Below are positions 61,114 through 64,000 of a stretch of DNA of 64,000 nt, piece by piece. The DNA is taken from assembly GCA_963782915.1 (NCBI GenBank), contig CAWALK010000018.1:203470-267469 (forward strand). Reading direction: 5' to 3'. The notes below the pieces were generated by a model. It was not told the origin of the DNA. It saw only the letters and a program-made list of their open reading frames with translations, and did not search any database. The position numbers and the translations under genes are program-made. Origin of the DNA: an uncultured archaeon (GTDB lineage Archaea > Thermoproteota > Bathyarchaeia > Bathyarchaeales > Bathycorpusculaceae). Within the stretch, counting starts at the first letter, position 1, and the number at the start of each line of letters is the position of its first letter.

Positions 61114-61455
61114 ATGGGTCAAATACTAAGAGTTGACGCCTCAAAGATTTTGCGCACAGTCCCCTTTGAAGATGGTTTTCACTTTTGCACAGATGGCGGA
61201 GTCTACACAAATATGACGGCAACAAGCCTGATTGATTTTGCAGAAAAATTAAATGACGCTAGCACTGAATCTATAGAGTTTCATTATCCACGTGGCGACT
61301 TCCAGTTTTGGATGACTAAAACTCTCGGTGATGAAGAACTCGGTAACCGAATGTGCTTTGTAAATAGAAATCTAAACGGGGAACAACTTCGACAGCAGCT
61401 ATCAAGGATAGTTGCAGAACGCATAACTGAACTCAACGGACAAATCGAGCAGTAA
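61114..61455 (+). CDS. DUF5752 family protein
   Basis: GFHF..ATSL.DF..SIEFH..RGDFQ.W..LGD.EL. Confidence 0.8.
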   Translation: MGQILRVDASKILRTVPFEDGFHFCTDGGVYTNMTATSLIDFAEKLNDASTESIEFHYPRGDFQFWMTKTLGDEELGNRMCFVNRNLNGEQLRQQLSRIVAERITELNGQIEQ

Positions 61456-61809
61456 GGAAACTCGCAACTTAAGCTTCGATAGAAACCAATCTTAATTCTG
61501 GTTTGCCGGTTACTGTCGGAGCTGTGACTTTTTTCAACAATAAATATAGATTATTTTGAAATAATATATTTAGTGGGTTTTTAGCTGTCTTTTTTCCAAG
61601 ATAGTCAAGAATAATGTGGGAATTTTTAACATCGTTGACACTCAATATGCCTCTACCAATTTAATAGCGAACAAATATTTTCAGAAGAGCACTATAATGT
61701 TCCTTTGGTTGTATGAAATTGGAGGTTCGCCTTTCAAAACTTGAAAACTAGCTTTGACTTAAAATGTGATTGCATTTGAAAAAACTTAAGAAACGGTTTA
61801 AGGCATTTT

Positions 61810-63346
61810 ATTAGGTTGAATTTACCGTTTACTCTTGGGGGGGGGCAAACGTACTATGAATTTGGTTCCTTTGCCTTTTTCACTTTCAAAACTTACAGTT
61901 CCATTCATTGACTCAGTTACCCGTTTAACTACTGCCAATCCAAAGCCCTGACCTTTCGATTTAGTGGTAAACAACGGCGTAAACAACTTGTCTTTTACTT
62001 CATCAGGGATGCCTTCACCTGTATCTTGAACTTCAATAACAACATCGCTTTTCTCTCGGTAAGCTTAATTGAGAATTCCGCCTTTAGGCATAGCTTGAAC
62101 TGCATTGGTCACCAAATTAGTCATACTCGTTTTAGTAGTTCTTGGTCTGCCGTAACCTGCTTTAGGGTTTTTGTCGATTTTGCAGGAGGCTTTAATGTCA
62201 GTTGGGAAACATTCTTAATCAGTATTTCTTGGCAGATTTGCTCCAGTTCTATTTCCTTGGTAACTGGAGTTAGTGGTCTGGCATAATCTTGCAGGTCAGC
62301 AACAATCTTGTTAATATATCCAATGTTTTTCTCAATTTCATCTAAACTCTCTATCGCGTTCTTTTTCTCTTCGCAATCTGGAACGCCATTCAATTCAGTT
62401 TTTGCTAAATACACATCGTTATAATAGCCTGCAGTGGATTGCGGATATCATGCCCAACCATCCCTGCAGTCGCACCTATTGTAGCCAAGCGTTCCGCATC
62501 TTTGAGCTGCTTAGTGCGCTGTTCAACCAAAGTCTCCAAGTTTTTGGTATATTCTTCGATTTTTTGCTGTAGTTGCTTACGTTCAGTAATATCAACATAC
62601 AAGCCCAGATTACCAAAATGTAGACCTTGATTGTTGCGAATAAGGTGACCCGCTCGCAAGAAAACAGATTTTGTCGCCGTCTTTTCTGCTCATCCAAATT
62701 TCATATTGCTCCTTAATACCTTCAATGCGTTTTTCCATCCTCTCTTGGGCCCAGCTTTTTCTGATTCCGCTGCCGACTCAAGACCAAGCTTGCCTATCAG
62801 CTCTTCAACTGTATAACCAAGAGCATCAGCAATACGATTATTTGCAAATGTTATTTTGCCCTCAAGATCCGTGACCAAAATGCCCTCTTGAGTAGTTTCC
62901 ACGATTCACGGTATTTTTCTTCGCTTTGCTCAAGTGCTTCTTCTGTTTTTTGGCGTTCAGTTATGTCTTGAGCAAAAATCATAACTGTATCTGGCTTTCC
63001 AAGCTTCAAATTTACTCTTGCAGTTATTAGACCCAATGGCTCTGGCCGTTCTTTGCTTTTACACGTATTTCCGCAGAGGTGGAACAAAGATTTTCTCCTC
63101 TGAGTGCCTCTTCAACCTTTTGCTGGATAACCACTCTACCTTCATCGAATAATAACTCATTTGGGTTCGAAGCAAGAAGTTCTTTTCTGAATAGCACAAT
63201 AGCTGACATACCTTTCCATTTACGAATCTAAACATTGCCCGGGAATTCAACTTCATAAATAGCAATAGGTGCATCTTCAACGACCTTTCGGTATTTTTGT
63301 TCGCTTTCACTTACAGTGATTCATCCGCTTTCTTGCCTGTTTCCAT
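61810..63346 (-). CDS. PAS-domain sensor histidine kinase (many frameshifts; error or pseudogene)
   Basis: PAS ends DITERK; H-box MVGHDIRNPLQ; N-box LVTNAVQAM; DTGEGI, TTKSKGQGFGL. Confidence 0.8.
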
Positions 63347-63774
63347 ATTAATCCCTACTTAATCATATTTCTATTTTTTTTTCTTTAAAACATTTGGCAG
63401 CTGAAGATTGATTGTTTTTTGATGGTGGTAAAGAAGAGAAACAATTATTAGGAAAAAGCATAAACCAAAAACTTGAGGCGCTGAAAAGAGGAAAACTACC
63501 TTAATTAAGAATTATGTTTGATTTCCTGGGATAATTATGCTATTAGACATTTTAGAGGATTTTCGCTTGATTAGGGTTAGAACAGCGATGGAAAGGTTAT
63601 CAAGCCAATAAAACTTACACCCAAACCAAACAATAGAGAAATAGTCGAATTTTATCCGATATTTTTAAAAAAAATCTGCAAACATGATTAATTGCCAAAA
63701 GCTAAGACAAAATGGGTTATCACTAGCAAAAGCACTGAATATCATCGAATATTTTGTCAGACGTTCTCGAATTT

Positions 63775-64000
63775 TCAGTGCTTGCCGCTTTCAACTGGCT
63801 CAGCAACCTTAGGAGGCGATTTAGGAAGTAAAATTGCAGCAATCAAACCAATAAAGGCAATTGCAACCATAACTGCCACGGCTCCGCCATACAAGTGAAC
63901 AATATCACTCACAAGAACTGAACCGACGATTGATACTCCTAGCGAAGAGCCAAGGTTTGAAATGCTTCGAGAGAGACCTGAAATCTGTCCTTGGTCTTTT
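63775..64000 (-). CDS. MFS transporter C-terminus (truncated by the window edge)
   Basis: KDQGQISGLSRSISNLGSSLGVSIVGSVL...IGLIAAILLP. Confidence 0.75.
   Translation of the reverse strand, partial: KDQGQISGLSRSISNLGSSLGVSIVGSVLVSDIVHLYGGAVAVMVAIAFIGLIAAILLPKSPPKVAEPVESGKH

Noticed and set aside
1-64000. CRISPR array, rRNA, transposase or integrase
   Set aside because: No regularly spaced repeats, rRNA-like sequence or recombinase/transposase motifs seen

Overview
Archaeal chromosome fragment, most consistent with Bathyarchaeia (inferred from an aEF-2 paralog lacking the diphthamide loop, two PurP paralogs, MvhAG/HdrBC, TFB, TRAM, DUF5752 and GGAGG/GGTGA ribosome-binding sites with many TTG/GTG starts). 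The left half (1-32.6 kb) is housekeeping and metabolic: purC/purP/purP-like/purE, OGG1, EF-2 paralog, CorA, hdrCB-mvhGA-hycI, msrB, mscS, lsrF-ADH, four toxin-antitoxin pairs, tRNA-Ile2(CAT) and tRNA-Lys(CTT). Each tRNA carries a small integrase-less island bounded by a copy of its own 3' end. The right half looks more AT-rich by eye and is accessory/stress-related: TFB, GH15 and GH63 glycosidases, a KGG stress protein and an HdeD-DUF1254/1214 fusion. It also holds a complete urease operon (ureABC-orfX-ureEFGD, flap Cys replaced by Thr) divergent from a urea transporter and an ammonium transporter. Unannotated signals include 2-3 copies of a rod-shaped structured RNA (two with their own TATA box), a dispersed G-rich repeat and several zinc-finger microproteins. 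Many genes carry single-base frameshifts that look like long-read indel errors. All family assignments come from motif recognition by eye; no database search was run.
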